Shown here: one piece after another, positions 1 to 7,971 of the stretch
Numbering within the stretch: position 1 is the stretch's first letter
How the letters are laid out: the number at the start of each line of letters is the position of its first letter
NCBI GenBank assembly: GCA_022646745.1
Contig: CP060262.1
Span: 3,840,001 to 3,872,000 of the forward strand
Length of the DNA: 32,000 nucleotides
Direction: 5' to 3'
From: Planctomycetales bacterium
GTDB lineage: Bacteria; 4484-113; JAFGCY01
Notes under the pieces: generated by a model
The model's input: only the letters and a program-made list of their open reading frames with translations
Databases searched by the model: none
What the model was told of the DNA's origin: nothing
Program-made: the position numbers and the translations under genes

Positions 1-3000
1 GTTGTAGTCGAATGCCGGAAACTGTGTGTCTGGATCATACTTGTCCTCGTAACTGAATGTCAGGGGGCCTGACACGGCTTCCTTCACGCCGGGAATCAGG
101 CTCGGGTCGTCACCTTTGCCGTCAAAATATTCCAATGACCAGTAGCAGCGGTAGGTAATGTCATCACTGACATCATAGTCGGGGCCATCCAGAGCAGGGT
201 AGAAGTACATTGCTACTTCACCATCATAGGACCATGAAAGCCGATAAAAATCGCTGAGCTGAGGGACAACAGTGATGTTATCCGAAATAGGTTCCACAAA
301 GACCGGAGGGATAGTATCCTCAACTGTCAGCGTCGTTGATGTGGTGTTTGGTGTAGTCACGCACTGATACTCCCTAGCATAAGGAGCTCCTGAGGTTTCA
401 AAGGCCCAGATTCCGAAGTTGATTGTGTTACCAGTGCTGTTGATATCAGCCCAGATAGGATCATCCATATCCAGATTGAAGGAGAAGTCCATGGTGCCGC
501 TCTGGGCACCAGCAACGCCATCACCCTGGTCCCAATGCTGCCTTCCGGCATATATCCAATTTGCATTTGTGAATAACGCAGAGCCCGTGTCCGTTCTAGA
601 AGCATACAGCCGGTAGCTGACATTGTCGGAGAGCCAGTCCAGTCCGGGGATGGATGTGTTCCAGTACACATCGTCAGCAAGATCATAGTTTACATTGAGA
701 CTAACATTGCTTGCCAACTGTTCGGTCACGGATATGGTGTTTATACCGCGTCCAGTGCTGTTGCCTGGCGGGGGGTTTGAACCATCTCTGTACTGCGGAC
801 CATAATCCCAACCAGTCTCGTCCAGGAAGGTCCACTCAACCGTTGTTGTATTGGCAACATAGTTGCCACTGCCTCCGGGCTCGTACTCCTCCAATTCACT
901 GCCGCTCTCCTCAAAGGCTCGAATCCCGAAGTAAGCTGTCTGACTGACAGAGAAGTCAAGCCCAAAGGTGCTGATTTCGGACGGAGTGAATGTAACCAGC
1001 ATTGATCTTCTTGTCAGCGACTCTTCCTTGTCTTCTCCCTCCACCCAGGACTTGCCTGTCAACTCGTTGCTGAATACGTTTGCTTCTGTCAACGAACCAT
1101 AGAGCTGATACCGGACATTCTTCGTCTCATTATTGTTCGCCCACTTGTTGGCTGCGCCCTCCGGCACCACATCATCCGCGTTGTCATAGACGAACTGAAG
1201 ACAGTATTCATCAGACTGTCCAATCATCAATAGTCCGTTTCCCGAGCTGTCGTTGTCGGGCTGCGACAACCCAGTGTTGTACTGGGGCCCAAACGTGTCA
1301 GCCTTGTACGAAAATGCTCCAATCACCCTTGATGCTGGTCCTCGGTAGATCTGAGAACCATCGTAATAGTATGGGTAAATCAGAAAGTCATATGTCGTAT
1401 CCGAAGATGGTTCGGTGTCCCAGAAACTGGATGCTGAGAAGGTCGTTTCAATCTCATCCTTCCAGTAACGTTTGCCTTCCGAGTTATTAGGCGTGGTGTG
1501 ATAGCGCTTGGTGTAGGGTTTCGGCTCCGGAGTGAGTGGCGCGGGGTCAATCCCGTCCCTGTCCCAGTTCGCAGCGCAGATCGTGTCGTAGTAGGGGCTG
1601 TCAGGATTTGTGGGGATTGCAGGCGTGCCACTGCTGTAGGAGTAGTTACTGCTGTTCTGCGGGATCGTATAGACCTGGTATCCTGTGATTCGTTCATTGA
1701 AGTGGTTGTAGATCGGGCCCACGTCGCCTGGGCGCTTCATCGTCGGAGTGTCGTAATACTCTTCATAACCCTTTGGCCCTGCTCCATCTGGATCGTAGTT
1801 TGGCCAGTCCAGGACAAATCCGTCCCAGTTGCCATCAATGGCGTCAGCAACCTGCGTGCTTGGCAAGTTCTCTACGTTGTCAGCATTATATTCGTACGAT
1901 GTGGGGTCGGTCCAGCCAACCTGGTCCAGGTACCAGAACACATTGATGTCGTTCTCTCCCGCTCCTTGAAAATCATCAATGCTCTCTTTGAGATTGAGCC
2001 ATTCTTCAGGATGAGCAGCGTCATGGACACCACGTCGTGCTGTGTATGTGAAGTCCTCCTCGTCACCATGCATGAACTGGGCAATCTGCGTGATGTCGTT
2101 GATATTCACCACACCGTTGTTGTCATAGTCTCCGATGAGATTCTCATGGAATGTGAAGGTGGGTGAAACGAACTCGTCTCCTTCCGTGTAGCTGCTGCCG
2201 ATGGAGTCGTGGATCGTGGGATGCAAGAGAAGGTCTACACTGCTCGCCGTCAGTTCTCCACTGCTGATTTCACCGTCCTTGCTGGATACATCGCCAATCA
2301 GTCCGTCAAGTCGGTAATCCACTGTCCCATAGCCATCTATGACGGGGAAGAATCCATTATTGTATGAACTCCAGATCACACCAACTGTAGTGTCCGTAGT
2401 GAAATTGCTGGCACTGCGGGATCCCGCGGGGCGCAGGAACACCTGGGCAAATTCTCCACCGGCTCTGGAAGCTCCTGAAGCCTGTCCCACAGGCAGGTTG
2501 TTGATGGCCAGCACGCCGGGGGCTTCCTCGACGGCGATGGCAACGAATTTCTCCGTGCCCCAGGGGTTCTTGCTGACGACCCCGTCAATTTCCCATCTGG
2601 CTGGGTCGAAGCGGAAATGGGACTTCAGGTTCTCAGTCTCATCCGCGATCAGGCTGTAAGCCCGAAGATCTTCAGCCGAGCCTAGCTCCAGGCGTTCCAT
2701 CCGTAACTGCTCACGCCTGCCCGGTTCCGGCATGAGTCTGTCATCAAGCGGAACCAGATGCATGCCCTCCTGCCCTATATAGGAGCCAGGGTCATAGCTG
2801 TACTGGGGCTGAGCCTTGAGTGTGCCCTCTAGCATGCGGTAGGCTCCGGTATAGCGGCCGGAATCTTCCCTGCTGTTCCCGGTGTCAGCAAGTTCACGAA
2901 AGCTGATCCCAGCGCCTCCGGAACCGCCACAGCCGGCGCACAGCAGGCTGAGAACAAAGACGCACACGACAAGGATGTCGCTAAAGTGGTAGTATTTCAT
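1..3000 (-). CDS. Large secreted lipoprotein-like protein with a dockerin-type Ca-binding repeat; the C-terminus runs off the left window edge
   Basis: The minus frame with ATG at 3000 is absent from the ORF track, and every listed minus ORF in 1-3000 is in a different frame. This fits one frame that stays open to the window edge. Hand translation of the start gives MKYYHFSDILVVCVFVLSLLCAGCGGSGGAGISFRELADT, a signal peptide with a Cys-containing lipobox-like motif. Hand translation around 2090-2150 gives LIGDYDNNGVVNINDITQIAQFM, a dockerin/EF-hand-like repeat. Only parts were translated by hand. Confidence 0.6.
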   Translation of the reverse strand, partial: MKYYHFSDILVVCVFVLSLLCAGCGGSGGAGISFRELADTGNSREDSGRYTGAYRMLEGTLKAQPQYSYDPGSYIGQEGMHLVPLDDRLMPEPGRREQLRMERLELGSAEDLRAYSLIADETENLKSHFRFDPARWEIDGVVSKNPWGTEKFVAIAVEEAPGVLAINNLPVGQASGASRAGGEFAQVFLRPAGSRSASNFTTDTTVGVIWSSYNNGFFPVIDGYGTVDYRLDGLIGDVSSKDGEISSGELTASSVDLLLHPTIHDSIGSSYTEGDEFVSPTFTFHENLIGDYDNNGVVNINDITQIAQFMHGDEEDFTYTARRGVHDAAHPEEWLNLKESIDDFQGAGENDINVFWYLDQVGWTDPTSYEYNADNVENLPSTQVADAIDGNWDGFVLDWPNYDPDGAGPKGYEEYYDTPTMKRPGDVGPIYNHFNERITGYQVYTIPQNSSNYSYSSGTPAIPTNPDSPYYDTICAANWDRDGIDPAPLTPEPKPYTKRYHTTPNNSEGKRYWKDEIETTFSASSFWDTEPSSDTTYDFLIYPYYYDGSQIYRGPASRVIGAFSYKADTFGPQYNTGLSQPDNDSSGNGLLMIGQSDEYCLQFVYDNADDVVPEGAANKWANNNETKNVRYQLYGSLTEANVFSNELTGKSWVEGEDKEESLTRRSMLVTFTPSEISTFGLDFSVSQTAYFGIRAFEESGSELEEYEPGGSGNYVANTTTVEWTFLDETGWDYGPQYRDGSNPPPGNSTGRGINTISVTEQLASNVSLNVNYDLADDVYWNTSIPGLDWLSDNVSYRLYASRTDTGSALFTNANWIYAGRQHWDQGDGVAGAQSGTMDFSFNLDMDDPIWADINSTGNTINFGIWAFETSGAPYAREYQCVTTPNTTSTTLTVEDTIPPVFVEPISDNITVVPQLSDFYRLSWSYDGEVAMYFYPALDGPDYDVSDDITYRCYWSLEYFDGKGDDPSLIPGVKEAVSGPLTFSYEDKYDPDTQFPAFDYN

Positions 3001-3038
3001 GTCTTTTCCCTGTCTCCTTAAGGCCAGGGGATTGTCTG

Positions 3039-3058
3039 GCCGGGGTTGCAGCCCCGGC
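3039..3058 (-). terminator. GC-rich hairpin between the two co-oriented lipoprotein genes (weak or non-canonical terminator, or an RNA-stabilising stem)
   Basis: gccgggg-ttgcag-ccccggc forms a 7-bp GC stem about 14 nt downstream of the 3073 stop. The T-run (tttt) lies on the plus-strand side only, so there is no U-tail in the sense of the minus-strand genes. Confidence 0.3.
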
Positions 3059-3072
3059 TTTTCAGTTTCTGC

Positions 3073-5505
3073 CTACGGAACCGGACGCGGGTCCACACGT
3101 GTGCAGAAAAGCTGGACCTCTGCTTGGTGATTCACCTCCCCCACTAATTCTGAAAATTCTTTTCCACCTTTAACTACTATTACTGCATAGACTTCTCCTG
3201 ATTCCGTTGCGAGAGCATCAAAGTAACTGGCTCGAATGGGCTGAATCTCAATTGGCATTGAATAAACATCCTCATGTACCACTGTTCCATTTGCCTGGCA
3301 TAAGTCGTGATACACGGCCTTCCTGTTCTGGCCAGTAACATCCACCCCAATGTAACTCAGGAACGATTCGCCTCTCCCACCACTGTAGAACTCCTGTTTC
3401 GTAGCCGTGTCATCCCGCAATGCTGAGGGGGAATTACTGTTTGCTGGATTGACTAGAAAATATGTATAGCTATAGACATCAGTGATGTCCAGGTAGGCAA
3501 CGAATAGTAGCTTCCTGCTCCCAGAAGAATTGAATAACTGAAATTGGCCAGTTATTCCCTCGAATTCCGATGCGAAATGAAACAACTCGTCGTAAATCCA
3601 CTCCCCATCTGTGCTCCTTCTCTGTACATGAACTTTCTGTGGCTCGTCAGGATAGTTGACACCAAGCAGAATGCTCATTGCGCCGTTGTCTTCAACAAGT
3701 AGAGATCTTGCATGCCGGGGATGAGCCATATCTTTGGTAGTCCAGCCGCTGTACTCTGAACTGATATCACCATTATGATATTTCAAAACGTAATACTTGC
3801 TTGCCTTGAATCCTAACCCATCCACCCCTTGCGTCGTATCGGATACCAGGCTGTAAAACAAGCCCGGCTCAATCTGATCGATTTTCCCGTTGATTGCTCC
3901 TCTGTTTACGCCTCCGATGGGTATTTCCCCTTCGAAGACCATCTGCGTATCCCATGTTCCTCCCTGGCTTCTCTCGGACATGAACATCACATAGCTGTAT
4001 CCGCCGAACACCAGCTGGCTCACGGTAAATAGCAGTACCGGCTCTCCATTCTGCTGCCAGCCTATCTCGGTGTTTACAGCACTGCCGTTGAGTTCATCCA
4101 GAATGCTCCCTTCATGCTGCAGGACGCTTTCCTCCTGCCAGTCACCGGAATTGCTGCGTCGGGCAAATCGCATCCCGGCAGGGATGTCCAGATAGCTCCT
4201 GTCCACATTTCCGCAGATCACGATCTCGCCTGTGGCAGGATCGATCTCCATGTCCTGCACAATGAAGCTGACTTCGTTGCCAGGGGGGTCAAAGGTTGGA
4301 TCATCAGCTGAAATGACTTCGTGGACCCATCCTGAGATGCCCAGCTGCGCTGAATCACTATCCGCGGCCCCGGCATTGTCCATGACTTCGATAGTGGGTT
4401 CAAGATATTCGGCAAACCCCTGCCGGTAGGTCACCTTGACCACTCCAGGATTAACTTCCTCGAAGCTGTCCACCGTGCCGTCGCTGCTCTGCTCCGGCAG
4501 GGGATCCGTGCTCAGCCAGTCGGTGATGCCGTCGCCGTCGAAGTCCCATTCCCAGGCGGCGATGCTGCCATCCGGGTCGTAGCTCGCGGTGGCATCAAGC
4601 GTGATCTCTGCAGGTGCTCCGGCGAAGTCCGGCGAAACACTCAGGCTGGCCACCGGGGAACTGTTCACCGTGCCGGTGTCGAGGTCGATGCTGACGATGC
4701 CGCTGGCCGGTCCCTGCTCCTGCGACTGCAGGTCGAAAGGCGCGACGTAATAGAGGTAGATGCCACTTGTAGTTGCGTTGTCATCCGCGAAGCCGTACAG
4801 CACGGGAGCATTGCCTGGTGCAGTTGGGTGATCCACGCTGAGGCCGTCGGATGTGCCGGCGTTGCCAGGGACAATAGTGAACTCGCTCTCACCCGGAGCC
4901 TGGCGGTAGATGCGGTAACCTGACAACGCTTCCTGCCAGTGTACAGCAATAGGCGTGATGTCTGCCTGGGTCAGCAGGCCGTTGCGATCACCATCAATGC
5001 GAGCCAGCCGCCAGTTGGCAGCCGGGCTGCCGACTGCGGGCGGTGTCTCCCCGCCGTCATCATAGGGATCACCTGCTGGCCAACCTGCAAAGCCGCCGTG
5101 CAGGGACTTGTCGTCGTAAGCCACCGTGCCGTTCAGCTCACGGCCCAGCGGCGTCAGGTCGGAAACATTCACCTGCCCGTTCTGGTCGTAGTCCCCGACC
5201 AGCACTTCACTCCAGTTGATGGAAACTCCTGTGGGCGGATCGCCTCCGGGGCCGTCCGGGTCAATCAGTACGAGGTCGAGGTCGAACACGCGGTTGGCAT
5301 CTCCCGTTGCGGCCTCCGATGTGGTCTTCATGGGGTCCTTGCCCAGGCGGGCGAGTTCAGCCATGAGAAAATCGTGGAGCTCATTGGATTGATCACCGAT
5401 TCGGTTGTCAAGCGAAGTTGAAGCTGTCTCAGCCCCTTTGCATCCTGCGACCAGCAGACCAATCAATACTCCGACGAAAATGACTCTCAATTTCCTTACC
5501 TTCAC
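3073..5505 (-). CDS. Secreted lipoprotein with two dockerin-like repeats, a PKD-like domain and a large C-terminal domain of unknown fold
   Basis: 810-aa ORF with a GTG start. The N-terminus MKVRKLRVIFVGVLIGLLVAGCKG is a signal peptide plus a classical lipobox (VAGC). Dockerin-like repeats are VGDYDQNGQVNVSDLTPLG and RIDGDRNGLLTQADITPIA. The PKD-like signature is ATASYDPDGSIAAWEWDFDGDGITDW. Confidence 0.75.
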   Translation of the reverse strand: MKVRKLRVIFVGVLIGLLVAGCKGAETASTSLDNRIGDQSNELHDFLMAELARLGKDPMKTTSEAATGDANRVFDLDLVLIDPDGPGGDPPTGVSINWSEVLVGDYDQNGQVNVSDLTPLGRELNGTVAYDDKSLHGGFAGWPAGDPYDDGGETPPAVGSPAANWRLARIDGDRNGLLTQADITPIAVHWQEALSGYRIYRQAPGESEFTIVPGNAGTSDGLSVDHPTAPGNAPVLYGFADDNATTSGIYLYYVAPFDLQSQEQGPASGIVSIDLDTGTVNSSPVASLSVSPDFAGAPAEITLDATASYDPDGSIAAWEWDFDGDGITDWLSTDPLPEQSSDGTVDSFEEVNPGVVKVTYRQGFAEYLEPTIEVMDNAGAADSDSAQLGISGWVHEVISADDPTFDPPGNEVSFIVQDMEIDPATGEIVICGNVDRSYLDIPAGMRFARRSNSGDWQEESVLQHEGSILDELNGSAVNTEIGWQQNGEPVLLFTVSQLVFGGYSYVMFMSERSQGGTWDTQMVFEGEIPIGGVNRGAINGKIDQIEPGLFYSLVSDTTQGVDGLGFKASKYYVLKYHNGDISSEYSGWTTKDMAHPRHARSLLVEDNGAMSILLGVNYPDEPQKVHVQRRSTDGEWIYDELFHFASEFEGITGQFQLFNSSGSRKLLFVAYLDITDVYSYTYFLVNPANSNSPSALRDDTATKQEFYSGGRGESFLSYIGVDVTGQNRKAVYHDLCQANGTVVHEDVYSMPIEIQPIRASYFDALATESGEVYAVIVVKGGKEFSELVGEVNHQAEVQLFCTRVDPRPVP

Positions 5506-5652
5506 CCGACTTGTCTTTAAAATCAGGTTGCTCGCATGAGAGATTAACCTATTATTAATATAAGTTCAAGTGATTATGCTTCATCTTGCAATTGAGATTG
5601 GAAATCAAATTGTAAGAGACTCAGTTAACCTAGTTTTGTAGAATAGAGTCAT

Positions 5653-5883
5653 ATGTCTCCAAGTAAACCAAAGACTGACCAGAAGAGGACACCTGGAACT
5701 AAGCGGACAAAGAACCCGCCTCGCATTGACCTAACAGTCAGGGATGTGGGGCTTCTCCGGTCTGTTAATGACTATCGTTACCTCAGCACGTACCAGCTCT
5801 GATGGCTCATTCCTATCTCTCGTAAGAAGGACCCGACCAACCGGCTTAGGCTTCTGTTTCAGCATAGGTATCTCAAGGGTTAA
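5653..5883 (+). pseudogene. N-terminal fragment of a replication-relaxation (Replic_Relax-like) family gene with an in-frame TGA
   Basis: Hand translation from ATG 5653 gives MSPSKPKTDQKRTPGTKRTKNPPRIDLTVRDVGLLRSVNDYRYLSTYQL*WLIPISRKKDPTNRLRLLFQHRYLKG*. The pattern LT.RD..LLR....R.L...Q...(stop)...R...RL..L...G.L matches my recollection of the N-terminal winged-helix of replication-relaxation proteins. These normally continue for more than 200 aa. The TGA is at 5800-5802 and the TAA at 5881-5883. Confidence 0.45.
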
Positions 5884-5914
5884 AGCTGCGGTCGCAACCT
5901 AACCTCATTAGGCT

Positions 5915-6160
5915 CTACCGGCAGGACTTCGGCTTCCAGTACTTCGGCAACCTGATGTCTTTTAACAGGTCGGCTGGCTCGCATTGCAGAGCTCTGGCAA
6001 TCTGGCAAAGGTTGAGCAGTGCGACGTTGCGTTCTCCTCGCTCGATGGATCCGATGTAGGTCCGATGCAGTCCCGACCGGTAACCAAGCTCCTCCTGTGA
6101 AATGCCCATGGCTTCGCGCAAACGCCGAATATTCAGCCCCAAAGCCTGCTTTACTTCCAC
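5915..6160 (-). CDS. XRE-family helix-turn-helix transcriptional regulator
   Basis: 81-aa ORF with a GTG start. LGLNIRRLREAMGISQEELGYRSGLHRTYIGSIERGERNVALLNLCQIARAL is a canonical HTH_3/XRE signature (Q-x-x-LA...IS..E.G.R.P). It is divergent from the 6232 gene. Confidence 0.85.
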   Translation of the reverse strand: MEVKQALGLNIRRLREAMGISQEELGYRSGLHRTYIGSIERGERNVALLNLCQIARALQCEPADLLKDIRLPKYWKPKSCR

Positions 6161-6177
6161 GAAGTAACGCTAATGAC

Positions 6178-6206
6178 TTGCATTTTATAGGTCTACAGAC
6201 TATAAG
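6178..6206 (+). promoter_or_regulatory. Sigma70-like promoter for the Zn-ribbon/OB-fold gene, in the divergent XRE intergenic region
   Basis: TTGCAT (6178-6183), a 17-nt spacer, then TATAAG (6201-6206). It lies about 26 nt upstream of a GGAGG Shine-Dalgarno and ATG 6232. Confidence 0.4.
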
Positions 6207-6231
6207 TAGCAGGACAATGTTGGAGGTGACA

Positions 6232-6942
6232 ATGACTGGATCAACATCCTCTTGTGAATTGTGTGGCAGGGAGCTCGCGGAGCATTACCAATCTACTGTC
6301 TGCAGAGTCTGCAAACAGGAATTCGAGGACCTCAAGCAGCGCTCAGAACAGGCATCAGAATCGACTCTTTCTTTATCGGATGTGCCTATAGAGTCTGCGG
6401 CATCTTCCAATGTCTCCAATCCCAGCACCACTTCCAAGGAAGCAGCCGCTGCCAAGGAATCAGTCTTACCTCAATCCAGGATGCAGATCGAGAATGGCCA
6501 AAAAGCGAAGGTAACGACTAGAACAATCAGCTGCTTGGTGACAATCTTTACGGCAGTGGTGATCTGGGCAATGTTCTTCAATCCATTCACTGACAGTTTG
6601 AGATCCTATGGCAACGCTGTCTCAGCATCCACCCTCTATAAGGAGTTCGAGGACAACGAAATCGCCGCCAACAGCAAGTGGCAGAACACCTTCGTGATTG
6701 TCACGGGAAAGATCGACTCCATCAAGTCGGAGCTGGGTACTCTGGATTCTCATCGGGCCTACATCATGCTTGACGGAAGCGGCACATTTCGAGGTGTTCA
6801 GTGTGTTTTCGAGAAGTGGAATAAGCAGAAGTTCAGCTCTCTGAAAGCCGGGCAGAAGGTGACGATCGAAGGAAAGGTCCTGGGACAGCTGGACACGGGG
6901 GCTGTCCTGGTCTACGACTGCAAGTTCTTCTCAGCGGATTGA
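6232..6942 (+). CDS. Membrane-anchored protein: N-terminal CxxC...CxxC zinc ribbon, one TM helix, C-terminal OB-fold (tRNA_anti-like family)
   Basis: GGAGG at 6222-6226 precedes ATG 6232. The track start at 6019 overlaps the XRE gene, and ATG 6217 is an alternative. Motifs are CELCGRELAEHYQSTVCRVC (zinc ribbon) and ISCLVTIFTAVVIWAMFF (TM). LYKEFEDNEIAANSKWQNTFVIVTGKIDSIKSELG...AYIMLDG resembles the tRNA_anti-like OB-fold signature (L..ey..Ne.aAd.kY.gk.i.vtG.v..i). Confidence 0.7.
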   Translation: MTGSTSSCELCGRELAEHYQSTVCRVCKQEFEDLKQRSEQASESTLSLSDVPIESAASSNVSNPSTTSKEAAAAKESVLPQSRMQIENGQKAKVTTRTISCLVTIFTAVVIWAMFFNPFTDSLRSYGNAVSASTLYKEFEDNEIAANSKWQNTFVIVTGKIDSIKSELGTLDSHRAYIMLDGSGTFRGVQCVFEKWNKQKFSSLKAGQKVTIEGKVLGQLDTGAVLVYDCKFFSAD

Positions 6943-6978
6943 TCCGCATCCAAAGTGCTATGATGCTAGATAACAGTA

Positions 6979-7863
6979 ATGGATCAGAATCTCACTACTT
7001 CAGGAGCCATTGCGCAAGCAATTCGTGGGCATAATCGCTTGGTTCAAGCTGTGTTGTTGTATTTTGAATGGCAAGTTCAATATTTTGGCGGGTTCTGTTT
7101 AGATACCAATGATTTATATTTGTTTCTCAAATCCAATGGAGTGATGAAAGGCAACCAGCGACTAAATGACTTGCTACTGAAGAAGCTCTTAGTACATGAA
7201 GGTAAGTTCATCCTGTCAATCGATAATGGTGATGGACAGCATAACTATTCCAGGATGGAAGATGTACTGCCTCAAGAGCGGATTCCTCTATGCAGTCTGT
7301 TCATTGAATTAGGGTTTAGATATGATGTGTTGACAACTTCTGCAGGTCTTTCATCTCGGCAGTCCAGATATCCACAACTTAAGCCGTGCTGGATTTACAA
7401 GGCCAGTTCCAGTTCGAAGGTGATGTTGACAAATCAGGACGTCCGGGCTCCAGCGAAAAAGAAGGAGTTTCAATATGATGAGAATGGCAAGTTGATTTCA
7501 GATTCTAGCCAGGCTTTGAAATCCGCAAATAAACTCAGAAGTGACAACTCAGCTAAGAACGGGAAGTCCCGAAAGAAAAAGTCGCGATCTAAGGGTTCAA
7601 AGCAAAATGCTGCCAATGGATCCAAAACGAAGCAGAACACCAATACTGATAAGGCAGTAGATCTATACCAAATCCTTGAGCGTATTGTGCGTGCTGAGTT
7701 GGCTGGCAAGGTCCCTCAGTACATACTGGATCGATACGACCAGCGTCTCAAAGACAAGGAAACAGAGAAACAGAGACAGAAAACTAAGCTTGCCAGGAAA
7801 GATGGAGATGCATGGCATTCCGTCATTCTGAATGGAACAGGCGGCAAGTTTAAGAAGAAGTAA
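6979..7863 (+). CDS. Hypothetical protein with a Lys/Ser/Asn-rich, very basic C-terminal half
   Basis: 294-aa ORF from an ATG, AT-rich relative to its neighbours. The basic low-complexity stretch is KSRKKKSRSKGSKQNAANGSKTKQNTN. I recognise no family motif. Confidence 0.55.
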   Translation: MDQNLTTSGAIAQAIRGHNRLVQAVLLYFEWQVQYFGGFCLDTNDLYLFLKSNGVMKGNQRLNDLLLKKLLVHEGKFILSIDNGDGQHNYSRMEDVLPQERIPLCSLFIELGFRYDVLTTSAGLSSRQSRYPQLKPCWIYKASSSSKVMLTNQDVRAPAKKKEFQYDENGKLISDSSQALKSANKLRSDNSAKNGKSRKKKSRSKGSKQNAANGSKTKQNTNTDKAVDLYQILERIVRAELAGKVPQYILDRYDQRLKDKETEKQRQKTKLARKDGDAWHSVILNGTGGKFKKK

Positions 7864-7913
7864 GCTGGGGAGTGCCCCTAGACTTGTGCCTATCTGACAA
7901 ACGCACCTCAACC

Positions 7914-7942
7914 TTCAGGGTATTGTATCGCTGTTCTATAAT
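7914..7942 (+). promoter_or_regulatory. Possible promoter of the DISARM-like operon
   Basis: A perfect -10 TATAAT sits at 7937-7942. A weak -35 TTCAGG sits at 7914-7919 with a 17-nt spacer. Confidence 0.3.
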
Positions 7943-7971
7943 TGAAACGAGGCAAGCCAAAGTCCTAGTAT

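Noticed and set aside
1080-2166. 136-aa and 222-aa plus-strand ORFs, plus several 70-109-aa minus ORFs, within 1-3000
   Set aside because: They overlap the minus frame that starts at 3000, which has a signal peptide and a dockerin-like repeat. Their products are Cys/Arg-rich nonsense-like sequences.
5506-5652. Looked for a direct repeat of the ssrA 3' end (att-like duplication) at the presumed distal end of the island
   Set aside because: I found no visible match to GGAGTCGAACCCCC or to the acceptor-arm sequence here or at 22084-22156. Serine recombinases use very short cores, so absence is uninformative. I therefore do not call att sites.
6019-6231. N-terminal 71-aa extension of the OB-fold gene given by the ORF track
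   Set aside because: It would overlap the XRE gene on the opposite strand and the predicted promoter. A GGAGG-ATG combination at 6232 is a far better start.
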